Shown here: positions 10,034 through 17,958 of the stretch, in pieces
Layout: each line of letters starts with the position of its first letter
Position numbering within the stretch: the first letter of the stretch is position 1
Source of the DNA: Candidatus Sysuimicrobiota bacterium
Lineage (GTDB): Bacteria > Sysuimicrobiota > Sysuimicrobiia > Sysuimicrobiales > Sysuimicrobiaceae
NCBI GenBank assembly: GCA_040289515.1
Contig: PSLI01000028.1
Location: 1-29,214, forward strand
Direction of reading: 5' to 3'
DNA: 29,214 bases
Made by a program: the position numbers and the translations under genes
Notes under the pieces: model-generated
What the model was told of the DNA's origin: nothing
What the model saw: the letters and a program-made list of their open reading frames with translations, nothing else
Database searches by the model: none

Positions 10034-10063
10034 ATCATAGGAGCCCTGGAGAAGTCCTGTCGA
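10034..10063 (-). promoter_or_regulatory. Putative sigma-70 promoter for the S55-tamB-sigma-bamA unit
   Basis: Minus strand TCGACA (10063-10058), 18 nt spacer, TATGAT (10039-10034), about 30 nt upstream of the S55 start. Confidence 0.55.
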
Positions 10064-10115
10064 CCTCCGGAAGCGCCTGACGTGGGTGGACTGGACGGAG
10101 GCTTCGGGAACCCCG

Positions 10116-10391
10116 CTACGGGGCGAGGCGTACCACAGGATCGCCCACGCGCACCCGGGCGCCCACCTGCACCAGCACCTCCAGCACGGTCCCGCTCCGC
10201 GGAGCCCGGGCCGCCACCTCCCTGGGCTTCGTGGCCGTGCGGACCCACACCAGGGGAGCTGCTTCTTCCACCACGTCGCCCGCGCGCACCGTCTCCACCA
10301 CCACCCCCCCCACGGTGGCGCGCACCACCTCCGGCTCGCTGGCTCCGAGAGCGAGCCACAGCACCGCTGCCAGGAGGATCACCACGCGCAC
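10116..10391 (-). CDS. Small exported protein with a biotinyl/lipoyl (barrel-sandwich hybrid) fold
   Basis: Signal peptide MRVVILLAAVLWLALGA, then VRAGDVVEEAAPLV...ARAPRSGTVLEVLVQVGARVRVGDPVVRL, the two half-motifs of the lipoyl/biotinyl domain. Confidence 0.75.
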   Translation of the reverse strand: MRVVILLAAVLWLALGASEPEVVRATVGGVVVETVRAGDVVEEAAPLVWVRTATKPREVAARAPRSGTVLEVLVQVGARVRVGDPVVRLAP

Positions 10392-10436
10392 GGCTCCCGT
10401 CCGCCCCTGTTCATCCTAGCGCAACCAGCGTGCAAC

Positions 10437-11585
10437 TCACGGTTCCCTGGGCTGGAACGGCTCCGGCAGGCTGTCCTGCAGCCCGAAGTGCACCCGCAGG
10501 ATCTGCACGATGCGCCAGGCGGCCCGGCCGTCCCCGTACGGGTTCGCCACGGCGGCCATGGCGCGGTACGCTTCTGCGTCCTCCAGGAGCCGGCTTGCCT
10601 CCGCCACCACCCGTTCCCGGTCGGTCCCCACCAGCTTCACCACGCCCGCGGCCACGCCCTCCGGCCGCTCGGTGGTGTCCCGCAGCACCAGCACCGGGGT
10701 CCCCAACCCCGGTGCTTCCTCCTGCACGCCGCCCGAGTCCGTGAGGATCAGGTAGGCCTTGCGTTCCAGGTACACAAAAGGGCCGTAGTCGGGCGGGTCA
10801 ATGAGGTGCACCCGAGGAACTCCCTGCAGCGCGGGCACCACCACCTCCCGCACCGCGGGGTTGCGGTGCACGGAGAATACCACCTCCACGTCGGGGAAGC
10901 GAGCCACCAGGTCTCGCACCGCCTCGCACACACGCCGCAGGGGCTCGCCCCAGTTCTCCCGCCGGTGTGCGGTGACCAGAAGCAGCCTGCGGTTGGGGTC
11001 TAGCTCCGGCAGGCCATCGGGCCGCACCTGGGGCCCAACGAGCTGGAGGGCGTCGATCACCGTGTTGCCCGTGACGAAGAGGGTGGCCGGGTCGAAGCCC
11101 TCCCGCAGCAGGTTGTCCCTGGCCCAGGGAGTGGGGGCGAAATGCAGATCCGCCAGCGTCGCGGTCATGCGTCGGTACAGCTCCTCCGGAAACGGACGGT
11201 ACTTGTCTCGGGTCCGCAAGCCCGCCTCCACGTGGCCCACGGGGATGCGGTGGTAGTAGGAGGCCAGGGCGCCACAGAAGCACGGCGCCGCGTCGCCCTG
11301 CACCAGCACCATGGCCGGACGCGTGCGGGCCAGTACCCGATCCAGCCCCTCCAGGGTGCGGCTGGTGACCTCCGCCAGGGTCTGCCGGGGCCGCATCACA
11401 TCCAGATCCACGTCCGGCTGCAGGCCGAACAGCCGCAGAACCTGGTCCAGCATCTCCCGGTGCTGCGCGGTGGCCACCAGGACAGGGCGGAAGTCGGGGT
11501 CCTGCTGCAGGGCCCGCACCACGGGCGCCATCTTCACCGCGTCCGGGCGGGTGCCCACCACCGCCACCACGGAAATGGGCCTCAC
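10437..11585 (-). CDS. wecB: UDP-N-acetylglucosamine 2-epimerase (non-hydrolysing)
   Basis: GTRPxAVKMAP, QHREMLDQVL, GHVEAGLRT, PFPEE, VTAHRRENWG, TDSGGVQEEAP, NPYGDG. Start moved to GTG 11585, which overlaps the upstream stop (GTGA). Confidence 0.95.
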   Translation of the reverse strand: MRPISVVAVVGTRPDAVKMAPVVRALQQDPDFRPVLVATAQHREMLDQVLRLFGLQPDVDLDVMRPRQTLAEVTSRTLEGLDRVLARTRPAMVLVQGDAAPCFCGALASYYHRIPVGHVEAGLRTRDKYRPFPEELYRRMTATLADLHFAPTPWARDNLLREGFDPATLFVTGNTVIDALQLVGPQVRPDGLPELDPNRRLLLVTAHRRENWGEPLRRVCEAVRDLVARFPDVEVVFSVHRNPAVREVVVPALQGVPRVHLIDPPDYGPFVYLERKAYLILTDSGGVQEEAPGLGTPVLVLRDTTERPEGVAAGVVKLVGTDRERVVAEASRLLEDAEAYRAMAAVANPYGDGRAAWRIVQILRVHFGLQDSLPEPFQPREP

Positions 11586-12715
11586 GGGGTGCCTGCCGGG
11601 GTCCCCCAGGAAGTGCTGTGGGCCTCTTGGGGCGCTCCTCTGAGCCATCGCCGCGCCACCACCCACAGGCTCAGCCCCACCAGCGCGGCCACCGACAGGG
11701 GGATCCAGCGCTCCACCCAGCCCGAGACGGCCAGGCTCAGGCTGGACAGCAGGGCGGTGGCACCGTACAGGAGCAGCACCGCCTGGCGCTGCGACAGGCC
11801 CCGGTCCAGCAGCCGGTGGTGCACATGGCCGCGGTCCGGCTGGAACACGGACACCCGCCTGCGCAGCCGCCGCAGGACGGCGAAGCCGGTGTCGAAGATG
11901 GGCACCCCCATGGCCAGCAGGGGGATGGCCAGGGACAGGGCCGTGAGGGTTTTGAAAAGCCCCGCCACGGAGAGGGTGCCCAGCAGGTACCCCAGGAACA
12001 ACGCCCCGCTGTCCCCCATGATGACCCGGGCGGGGTTGAAGTTGTACCGCAGGAAGCCCACGCCGCTACCAGCCACCGCGGCGCACAGGGCCAGGGTGGG
12101 CAATCCCGCACCCCGCAGGGTACCCGCCACGAAGAAGGTGGCGGCCACGATCACCGCGATGCCCGCAGCCAGCCCGTCCATCCCGTCGATGGAGTTCATG
12201 GCGATGGCCGCGGATCCCACCCACGCCACCGTGAACGCCTGGCCCCACACCCCCAGGGGGACCAGCTGGCCGGAGAAGGGGTTGGTGACGAAGGGGGTTG
12301 TCAGGCCGAACAACACCGGGACAGCGGCGCACAGGTACACCAGGGGGAACTTCACGCGGCCGGACACCTGCCGCAGGTCGTCGTACACCCCCACCAGGGC
12401 TACCAGCAGCCCGCCGAGCAGGATGCCCCAGAACTCCCGTGGCACCGCTCCGTAGGGGACAGCCAGCACCAGGTGCTTGGGTTCCCGCACCACGGCCACG
12501 CTTCCCGGCACGGGCAGAGCCACCAGGGCCGCGGCCAGCACACCTGCGGCGATGGCGATCCCGCCCAGCCGCGGCAAGGGCCGGCGGTTGATCCGGCGCC
12601 CTCCCGGGTAGTCCACCGCACCCACCCGCCGCGCCAGATAGCGCGAGGTGGGCGTGGTCCAGTAGGTTACAAACCACGCCAGTAGGGCTGCCAGCACGTA
12701 CGGTGGGACGAACAT
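11582..12715 (-). CDS. WecA/TagO-like undecaprenyl-phosphate GlcNAc-1-phosphate transferase (MraY family)
   Basis: Polytopic membrane protein with PRLGGIAI, GVYDD, NSIDGMDGLA, FLRYNFNPARVIMGDSG and PDRGHVHHRL. Confidence 0.92.
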   Translation of the reverse strand: MFVPPYVLAALLAWFVTYWTTPTSRYLARRVGAVDYPGGRRINRRPLPRLGGIAIAAGVLAAALVALPVPGSVAVVREPKHLVLAVPYGAVPREFWGILLGGLLVALVGVYDDLRQVSGRVKFPLVYLCAAVPVLFGLTTPFVTNPFSGQLVPLGVWGQAFTVAWVGSAAIAMNSIDGMDGLAAGIAVIVAATFFVAGTLRGAGLPTLALCAAVAGSGVGFLRYNFNPARVIMGDSGALFLGYLLGTLSVAGLFKTLTALSLAIPLLAMGVPIFDTGFAVLRRLRRRVSVFQPDRGHVHHRLLDRGLSQRQAVLLLYGATALLSSLSLAVSGWVERWIPLSVAALVGLSLWVVARRWLRGAPQEAHSTSWGTPAGTP

Positions 12716-12728
12716 AAACTCCGCGCTC

Positions 12729-12734
12729 AGTATA
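12729..12734 (-). promoter_or_regulatory. Putative -10 element upstream of the wecA-like gene
   Basis: TATACT on the minus strand in a short GC-rich spacer, 13 nt before the ATG. No clear -35. Confidence 0.4.
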
Positions 12735-12760
12735 GGGCAGCCCGGGCAGGCCGTGCCGGG

Positions 12761-13729
12761 TCAGCCCTCCACCAGCTCCGCTGCCAGGTGCTCTGTTGCC
12801 AGCTCGCTGACGGAGCTGCGGGCGTGCGCCCGCGCGATGGCGTCGGCCAGCAGGCGGGCCACGGACACCACGCGGATGCGGTCCGCACGCTTGTTGGCCG
12901 GAAGCGGGATGGAGTCGGTGACCACCAGCTCCCGGATGGGGGAAGCCGCGATCCGGTCCACCGCAGGACCGGACAGCACGGGGTGGGTGCAGCAGGCGTA
13001 CACCTCCCCCGCGCCTCGCCGCACCAAAGTCTCCGCGGCCAGCACCAGGGTCCCCGCGGTGTCCACGATGTCGTCCACCAGGATGGCGGCGCGTCGGTAC
13101 ACCTTGCCGATCACGTGCACCACCTCCGCCACCTGGTTGGGGCGATCGCGCCGCTTGTCGATGATGGCCAGGGGCGCGCCCAGGATCTGGGCGAACTCCC
13201 GGGCGCGGCGCACCCCGCCTACGTCGGGGGACACCACCACCACGTTCCGCAGCCCCTTGTTCCGGAAGTAATCCGCCAGCAACCTGCCCGCTCCCAAATG
13301 GTCCAAGGGAATGTCGAAAAAGCCCGACAGCTGGCCCGCGTGCAGGTCCAGAACGAGGAGGTGCTGCACCCCGGCCCGCACCATGAGGTTGGCCACCAGC
13401 TTGGCCGTCACGGGCTCCCGAGCGCTGGTTTTCCGGTCCTGGCGGGCGTATCCGAAGTACGGCACCACCGCGGTCACCCGGGCGGCGGAGGCCCGCCGGA
13501 GGGCGTCCGCCAGCACCAAGAGCTCGAGGAGGTGGTCGTGGACGGGCGGACACGTGGGTTGCAGCACGAAGCAGTCCCGGCCCCGCACGCTCTCCTCCAG
13601 CCGCACCTCGATCTCGCCATCGGGGTACCGGGACACCACCGCCTCCAGCAGGCGCACGTCCAGGTAGCCGGCCACACGGCGCGCCAGGGCCAGGTTTGCT
13701 GTCCCTGCCAGCAGGGCCAGTTCCCTCAC
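12761..13729 (-). CDS. prs: Ribose-phosphate pyrophosphokinase
   Basis: YPDGEIEV, PYFGYARQDRK, DLHAGQ, VVSPDVGG, DDIVDTAGT. GTG 13729 overlaps the glmU stop (GTGA). Confidence 0.97.
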   Translation of the reverse strand: MRELALLAGTANLALARRVAGYLDVRLLEAVVSRYPDGEIEVRLEESVRGRDCFVLQPTCPPVHDHLLELLVLADALRRASAARVTAVVPYFGYARQDRKTSAREPVTAKLVANLMVRAGVQHLLVLDLHAGQLSGFFDIPLDHLGAGRLLADYFRNKGLRNVVVVSPDVGGVRRAREFAQILGAPLAIIDKRRDRPNQVAEVVHVIGKVYRRAAILVDDIVDTAGTLVLAAETLVRRGAGEVYACCTHPVLSGPAVDRIAASPIRELVVTDSIPLPANKRADRIRVVSVARLLADAIARAHARSSVSELATEHLAAELVEG

Positions 13730-15090
13730 GGTTTTTCCTGTGCCCGGCGCACCACCCGGGCGGGTACGCCCAGGACCACCGTGCCCGGGGGTACATCCTT
13801 GGTCACCACGGCGCCCGCGCCCGTCACCGCCCCCGCACCCACCCGCACGGGCGCGTTCAAGAGGGTGTCGCTGCCGATAAAGGCGCCGTCCCCGATCACC
13901 GTAGGGTGCTTGCCCGGCACACCATAGCGGAAGTTGCAGGTGATGGTGCCCGCGCCCACGTTGACGCCCCGGCCCACGGTGGCGTCGCCCAGGTAGCATA
14001 CGTGCTGCACCTTGGTGTCCTCCCCCACGGAAGTGTTCTTGAGCTCCGCAAAGTTGCCCACCACCACCCGGGGTGCGAGCCGGGTCCCGGGCCGGAGGTG
14101 TGCGTACGGGCCGATGCGGCAGCCCTCCGCCACCTCGCTGTCCTCCACCACGGACCACAGGATGCGAACCCGGTCGCCGATCCGGGAAGCCCGCACGTGC
14201 GCCCCCGGGCCCAGGGTACAGCCCGAGCCCACCACGGTCCCCGCCTCCAGCACCGTGAAGGGCAGCAGCACCGTGTCGGGGCCCACCTGCACTTCCGGTG
14301 CCACGTACGTCGTGGCTGGGTCCAGCACCGTGACCCCGGCGTCCATGAGCTGTTCCAGGGTCCTTCGCCGCAGCTCTGCCTCTACCTGCGCCAGTTCGCG
14401 CCGCGAGTTCACACCCATGACCTCCCTCACCTCCGTGGCCTGCACCGTCCCCACCCGGTAGCCGCGGGATCGAAGCCACCCGAACACGTCCGTGAGGTAG
14501 TACTCCCCCTGCACGTTGCGGCAGTCCAGGTGCGGCAGCGCCTCGCGCAGCGCCGGCCCGTCAAAACAGCACAGACCCGTGTTGACCTCCCGGAGAGCCC
14601 GCTGCTCCGGGGTGCAGTCCGCCTCCTCTACCACTGCCAGGAAGGCACCGTCCCTGTCCCGCACCACCCGCCCCATTCCCTCCGGAGCCTCCACCACCGC
14701 GGTGAGGAGGGTGGCCGCGTAGCCCCCCGCCCGGTGCGCGTCCAACAGCCGCTGGAAGGTACGGGCCGTCACCAAGGGGACGTCCCCGTACGCGATCAGC
14801 ACCGGCCCCGCGTGCGCGCCCAGGGCTTCCAAAGCGCAGCGCACGGCATCCCCGGTTCCCCGGGGGGATTCCTGCCACGCCACGCGGACCCCTTGCGGAA
14901 GCACCTGCTGCACCCCGCCCGCACCGGGGCCCAGCACCACCACCAGGGGTCCATCCACCACCGGCCGCAGGCTGTCCAGGACCCGCAGCAGCATGGGCCG
15001 ACCTCCGACGGCGTGCAGGACCTTGGGTAGGCGTGAGCGCATACGCTTGCCCTGCCCGGCGGCCAGGACCACCGCGGCTCCCCGGCTCAC
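13726..15090 (-). CDS. glmU: Bifunctional UDP-GlcNAc pyrophosphorylase / glucosamine-1-phosphate N-acetyltransferase
   Basis: LAAGQGKRMRSRLPKVLH, GTGDAV, YGDVPL, QGEYYLTD, hexapeptide repeats, GNFAELK, YLGDA, GAGTITCN. Start set to GTG 15090 (15099 also possible). Confidence 0.96.
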   Translation of the reverse strand: MSRGAAVVLAAGQGKRMRSRLPKVLHAVGGRPMLLRVLDSLRPVVDGPLVVVLGPGAGGVQQVLPQGVRVAWQESPRGTGDAVRCALEALGAHAGPVLIAYGDVPLVTARTFQRLLDAHRAGGYAATLLTAVVEAPEGMGRVVRDRDGAFLAVVEEADCTPEQRALREVNTGLCCFDGPALREALPHLDCRNVQGEYYLTDVFGWLRSRGYRVGTVQATEVREVMGVNSRRELAQVEAELRRRTLEQLMDAGVTVLDPATTYVAPEVQVGPDTVLLPFTVLEAGTVVGSGCTLGPGAHVRASRIGDRVRILWSVVEDSEVAEGCRIGPYAHLRPGTRLAPRVVVGNFAELKNTSVGEDTKVQHVCYLGDATVGRGVNVGAGTITCNFRYGVPGKHPTVIGDGAFIGSDTLLNAPVRVGAGAVTGAGAVVTKDVPPGTVVLGVPARVVRRAQEKP

Positions 15091-15108
15091 CCTCCGCACC
15101 TCCCCGGC

Positions 15109-15137
15109 TTGACGCCTCCCCGCTCCTCCCGTATGGT
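15109..15137 (+). promoter_or_regulatory. Sigma-70 promoter for the riboswitch-terC transcript
   Basis: TTGACG (15109-15114), 17 nt spacer, TATGGT (15132-15137), directly upstream of the riboswitch. Confidence 0.7.
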
Positions 15138-15148
15138 GGTGGCGGCCT

Positions 15149-15283
15149 CGCCCGGTGCGGGGCTGAGGGGGGTAACTGGCGGCCGCGCGCGCGGCGGCCG
15201 CGGCTCGGTCGTTAGTCCGGCGGTCGGCAGGCGATCCGCCCGGTCGGGCCTGTGGCGATGCCTCACGGTGAGACCTCCGGGGC
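15149..15283 (+). ncRNA. yybP-ykoY (Mn2+-sensing) riboswitch aptamer
   Basis: P1/L1: GAGG-GGGGTAAC (15165-15176) with GGTGAGA-CCTC (15267-15277). P2: CGGCCGC/GCGGCCG. P3: GGCTCGGTCG (15202-15211) pairs with CGGTCGGGCC (15241-15250) around the L3 loop TTAGTCC and a GGCGG/CCGCC stem. Short P4. It lies upstream of a TerC/Alx gene, the established context for this RNA. Confidence 0.82.
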
Positions 15284-15318
15284 AGTGTGCAGGTTGCCCG
15301 GGGGTCCGTTGTTGTCTT
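15272..15318 (+). terminator. Riboswitch expression platform: terminator-like hairpin overlapping the 3' strand of P1
   Basis: GACCTCCGGG(G)CAG pairs with TTGCCCGGGGGTC (15272-15306), followed by an imperfect T-rich tail CGTTGTTGTCTT. Confidence 0.6.
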
Positions 15319-15339
15319 GGGAACCGGCGGGGGAATCGC

Positions 15340-16293
15340 ATGAACGTGGAGCTCCTGCTGTGGATCGCCTTCCACGTGGTGGTGGCCATCCTGCTGGCCG
15401 TGGACCTGGGCGTGTTCCAGCGAACCCCGCACAAGATGTCCATCCGGGAGGCCACGGTTTGGAGCGTGGTCTGGATTGTGGCCGCGCTGCTGTTCAACGC
15501 GGGGGTGTGGGCCCTGGAAGGCTCCCAGGCGGGGCTGGAATGGCTCACCGCGTACCTGGTCGAGAAAGCTCTCAGTGTGGACAACCTGTTCGTCTTCCTC
15601 GTCATCTTCTCATACTTCGCGGTTCCGGCGCACCTCCAGCCCCGGGTGCTGCTGTGGGGTGTCTTGGGCGCGGTGGTCATGCGCGCGAGCCTCATCGTCG
15701 TGGGCGTGACGCTGGTGAAGCTGTTCCACTGGGTGCTGTACTTCTTCGGTGCCCTGCTGGTGTACACGGGCTGGAAGCTGTTCGCGCACCGGAAAGAAGT
15801 GGTGGATCCCTCCCAGAACCGCGTCCTGCAGGTGGTGCGGCAGCACTTCCCCGTTACCGAGACGTACGGTGCCGGACGCTTCCTTGAACGCCGTGGGGGC
15901 CGGCTGTGGGTGACGCCCCTGTTCCTGGTGCTGGTGGTGGTAGAGAGCACCGACCTGATGTTCGCCGTGGACTCCATCCCCGCGGTGCTGGCCATCACCC
16001 ACAACCTGTTCATCGCGTATACCTCCAACATCTTCGCCATCCTGGGCCTGCGGGCGCTGTTCTTCGTCCTGGCGGGCATCATGGACATGTTCCGGTACCT
16101 GCAGTACGGCTTGTCCCTGGTGCTGGTCTTCATCGGACTCAAGATGCTGGTGGCGGACTTCTACAAGGTGCCCATCGGGATCTCCCTGATGGTGGTGGGC
16201 ATCATCCTGGCGGTCAGCGTGCTGGCCTCCGTGCTCCTGCCCGCCCCGGAGAAAGGCCCCGCGGAGGCCGCGGACGCCTCGCCCGGTTCCTGA
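15340..16293 (+). CDS. TerC/Alx family membrane protein (probable Mn2+ homeostasis or export)
   Basis: EKALSVDNLFVF, ESTDLMFAVDSIPAVLAIT, YTSNIFAILGLRALFF, LVFIGLKM. Start moved from 15109 to ATG 15340. Confidence 0.94.
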   Translation: MNVELLLWIAFHVVVAILLAVDLGVFQRTPHKMSIREATVWSVVWIVAALLFNAGVWALEGSQAGLEWLTAYLVEKALSVDNLFVFLVIFSYFAVPAHLQPRVLLWGVLGAVVMRASLIVVGVTLVKLFHWVLYFFGALLVYTGWKLFAHRKEVVDPSQNRVLQVVRQHFPVTETYGAGRFLERRGGRLWVTPLFLVLVVVESTDLMFAVDSIPAVLAITHNLFIAYTSNIFAILGLRALFFVLAGIMDMFRYLQYGLSLVLVFIGLKMLVADFYKVPIGISLMVVGIILAVSVLASVLLPAPEKGPAEAADASPGS

Positions 16294-16329
16294 CCTCTTC
16301 CGGAGGCGTAAGATGTAGATAGATCGGGG

Positions 16330-16947
16330 ATGAACCGGATCCGCATTCGGCTGGAGATCACCGACACGGGCGAGGATGTGCAGGCGGTTCCTTGCCTGTT
16401 CTCCCTGGAGGTGGACGGCCGACCCATCGTCCTGCTGGGAGAGAGCGCCCGGGCCCTGGGGATTCCATCCCACGACGCCTCGTACTCCGCGTACGCCCTG
16501 TTCGAGGGCGTGCAGGGTCTGCTCGTTACCCTGCTGGCAGACCACCACGCGGTCACGGATCCGCAGGACCCCTACGCGTGCCCCCTGTTCGTGGCGGACT
16601 GCGGGATGGACTGCTGCGGCTACCACGACCTCACCGTGGTGCAACAGCACGGCCAGGTGTACCTGCACGACCCGCGGGACGGCCGCCGCTACGTGCTGGA
16701 CCCTGGCGAGTACGCGCGGGCGGTCCTGGCGGCCGTGCAGGGGTTTTTGGACTTCGCCACCCGCGAGTCGCGCCTGCGGGATGACGACGCCTGGCACCTG
16801 TACGACCATTTGAGCTGGCTGGTGCGAAAGGTGGCCTGCGACGGAGCTCCCGCGCTGCGGGAAGCCTGCCGGGAGTTCCTGGACCGGGCAGAAGAACAGA
16901 TCCAGCGGGCCACGCGACCCGCGCAGGAAGTCCGGGGCACCCACTAG
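16330..16947 (+). CDS. Hypothetical protein with a Cys cluster
   Basis: ATG start, GC-rich third codon positions, globular composition, fills the gap after terC. Motif CPLFVADCGMDCCGYHD. Confidence 0.75.
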   Translation: MNRIRIRLEITDTGEDVQAVPCLFSLEVDGRPIVLLGESARALGIPSHDASYSAYALFEGVQGLLVTLLADHHAVTDPQDPYACPLFVADCGMDCCGYHDLTVVQQHGQVYLHDPRDGRRYVLDPGEYARAVLAAVQGFLDFATRESRLRDDDAWHLYDHLSWLVRKVACDGAPALREACREFLDRAEEQIQRATRPAQEVRGTH

Positions 16948-16957
16948 CGGAAACCGG

Positions 16958-17398
16958 TCAGCGCAGGGGCCAGATGGCCTGCGGCCGCAGGTTGCGGGAG
17001 ACGCCCAGCTGGCTGGCCATGCGGTGGGTCCAGGCAACGAACCCATCGACAATCATCAGGCACTCCTCCTCCACCTCTTCCGGGCTCAGGGGGCTGGCCC
17101 GCAACCGTGCCACCATGTCCCCGATGGCGGAGCAGAAGGTGCTCACGTCGTCCAGCAGCTCCCGCGCCACCCGCACCCCCTGGCTGGAGAGCCCCGCGGG
17201 CTTGCGCGCCGCCCGGGAGGCCAGGCGCCGCCGCTGCGCCGCGGCCCATTCATCCAACTCGTCCAACAAAAAGAAGGCGTCCTCCGGCCCGCGCTCGGTC
17301 ACCACGGAGGCGAAACCCTGACACGCCCGCCACACCTGGTGGATCACGCTGGCCAGGTACCGCTTGTCCGCCGCCAGAAGTCCCCGGTTCCCTGCCAT
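16958..17398 (-). CDS. Hypothetical all-helical protein
   Basis: AGGAG RBS 6 nt before ATG 17398 (GTG 17416 is an alternative); amphipathic helical pattern; converges on the previous gene with a 10-nt gap. Confidence 0.7.
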   Translation of the reverse strand: MAGNRGLLAADKRYLASVIHQVWRACQGFASVVTERGPEDAFFLLDELDEWAAAQRRRLASRAARKPAGLSSQGVRVARELLDDVSTFCSAIGDMVARLRASPLSPEEVEEECLMIVDGFVAWTHRMASQLGVSRNLRPQAIWPLR

Positions 17399-17468
17399 GC
17401 CCCGCTCCTGCACCACTTCCTTCGACGCTGCGCCTGCCGCCCCCTGTCCAACTACAATATAAGGGGGG

Positions 17469-17945
17469 GTGAGTGCCGTGACCTGCCGCGAACGCCTCGA
17501 GTCCTACCTCCGGGAGAACGGCGTGCCCTTCCGGGTGGACTGGCACCCTCTAGCGTACACCGCGCAGGAGGTGGCCGCTGCCGAACACGTGTCCGGATAC
17601 CTGGTGGCCAAGCCCGTCATCGTCCGCTGCGAGGACGGGTTCGTGATGGCGGTCCTGTGCGCCCCCCAGCGCCTGGACCTGCGCAAGCTGCAGAACCTGG
17701 TGGGTAAGCCCTGCCGCCTCGCCCAGGAGTCCGAGTTCGCCCCCTTGTTCCCCGACTGCGAGGTGGGGGCTCAGCCGCCCTTCGGCAACCTGTACGGCCT
17801 GGCCGTGTACGTGGACCGCCGCCTCGCCCAGGACCCGGAGATCGTGTTCCGCTGCGGGTCCCACCGCGAGACCATGCGGGTGCCGTACCGGGACTTCGAA
17901 CGGCTCGTGCGGCCGGTGGTGGCCGACCTGGCGCTGGAGGTGTAG
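17469..17945 (+). CDS. YbaK/ProXp/EbsC family aminoacyl-tRNA deacylase
   Basis: HPLAYTAQEVA, VAKPV (conserved Lys), FPDCEVGAQPPFGNLYG, GSHRETMR. TACAAT at 17453-17458 upstream. Confidence 0.9.
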   Translation: MSAVTCRERLESYLRENGVPFRVDWHPLAYTAQEVAAAEHVSGYLVAKPVIVRCEDGFVMAVLCAPQRLDLRKLQNLVGKPCRLAQESEFAPLFPDCEVGAQPPFGNLYGLAVYVDRRLAQDPEIVFRCGSHRETMRVPYRDFERLVRPVVADLALEV

Positions 17946-17958
17946 CAGCAGGCCGGCC

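Noticed and set aside
13730..15432. Extended versions of prs (to 14479), glmU (to 15432) and terC (from 15109)
   Set aside because: Family motifs begin at 13729, 15090 and 15340; the extensions run through other genes or the riboswitch.
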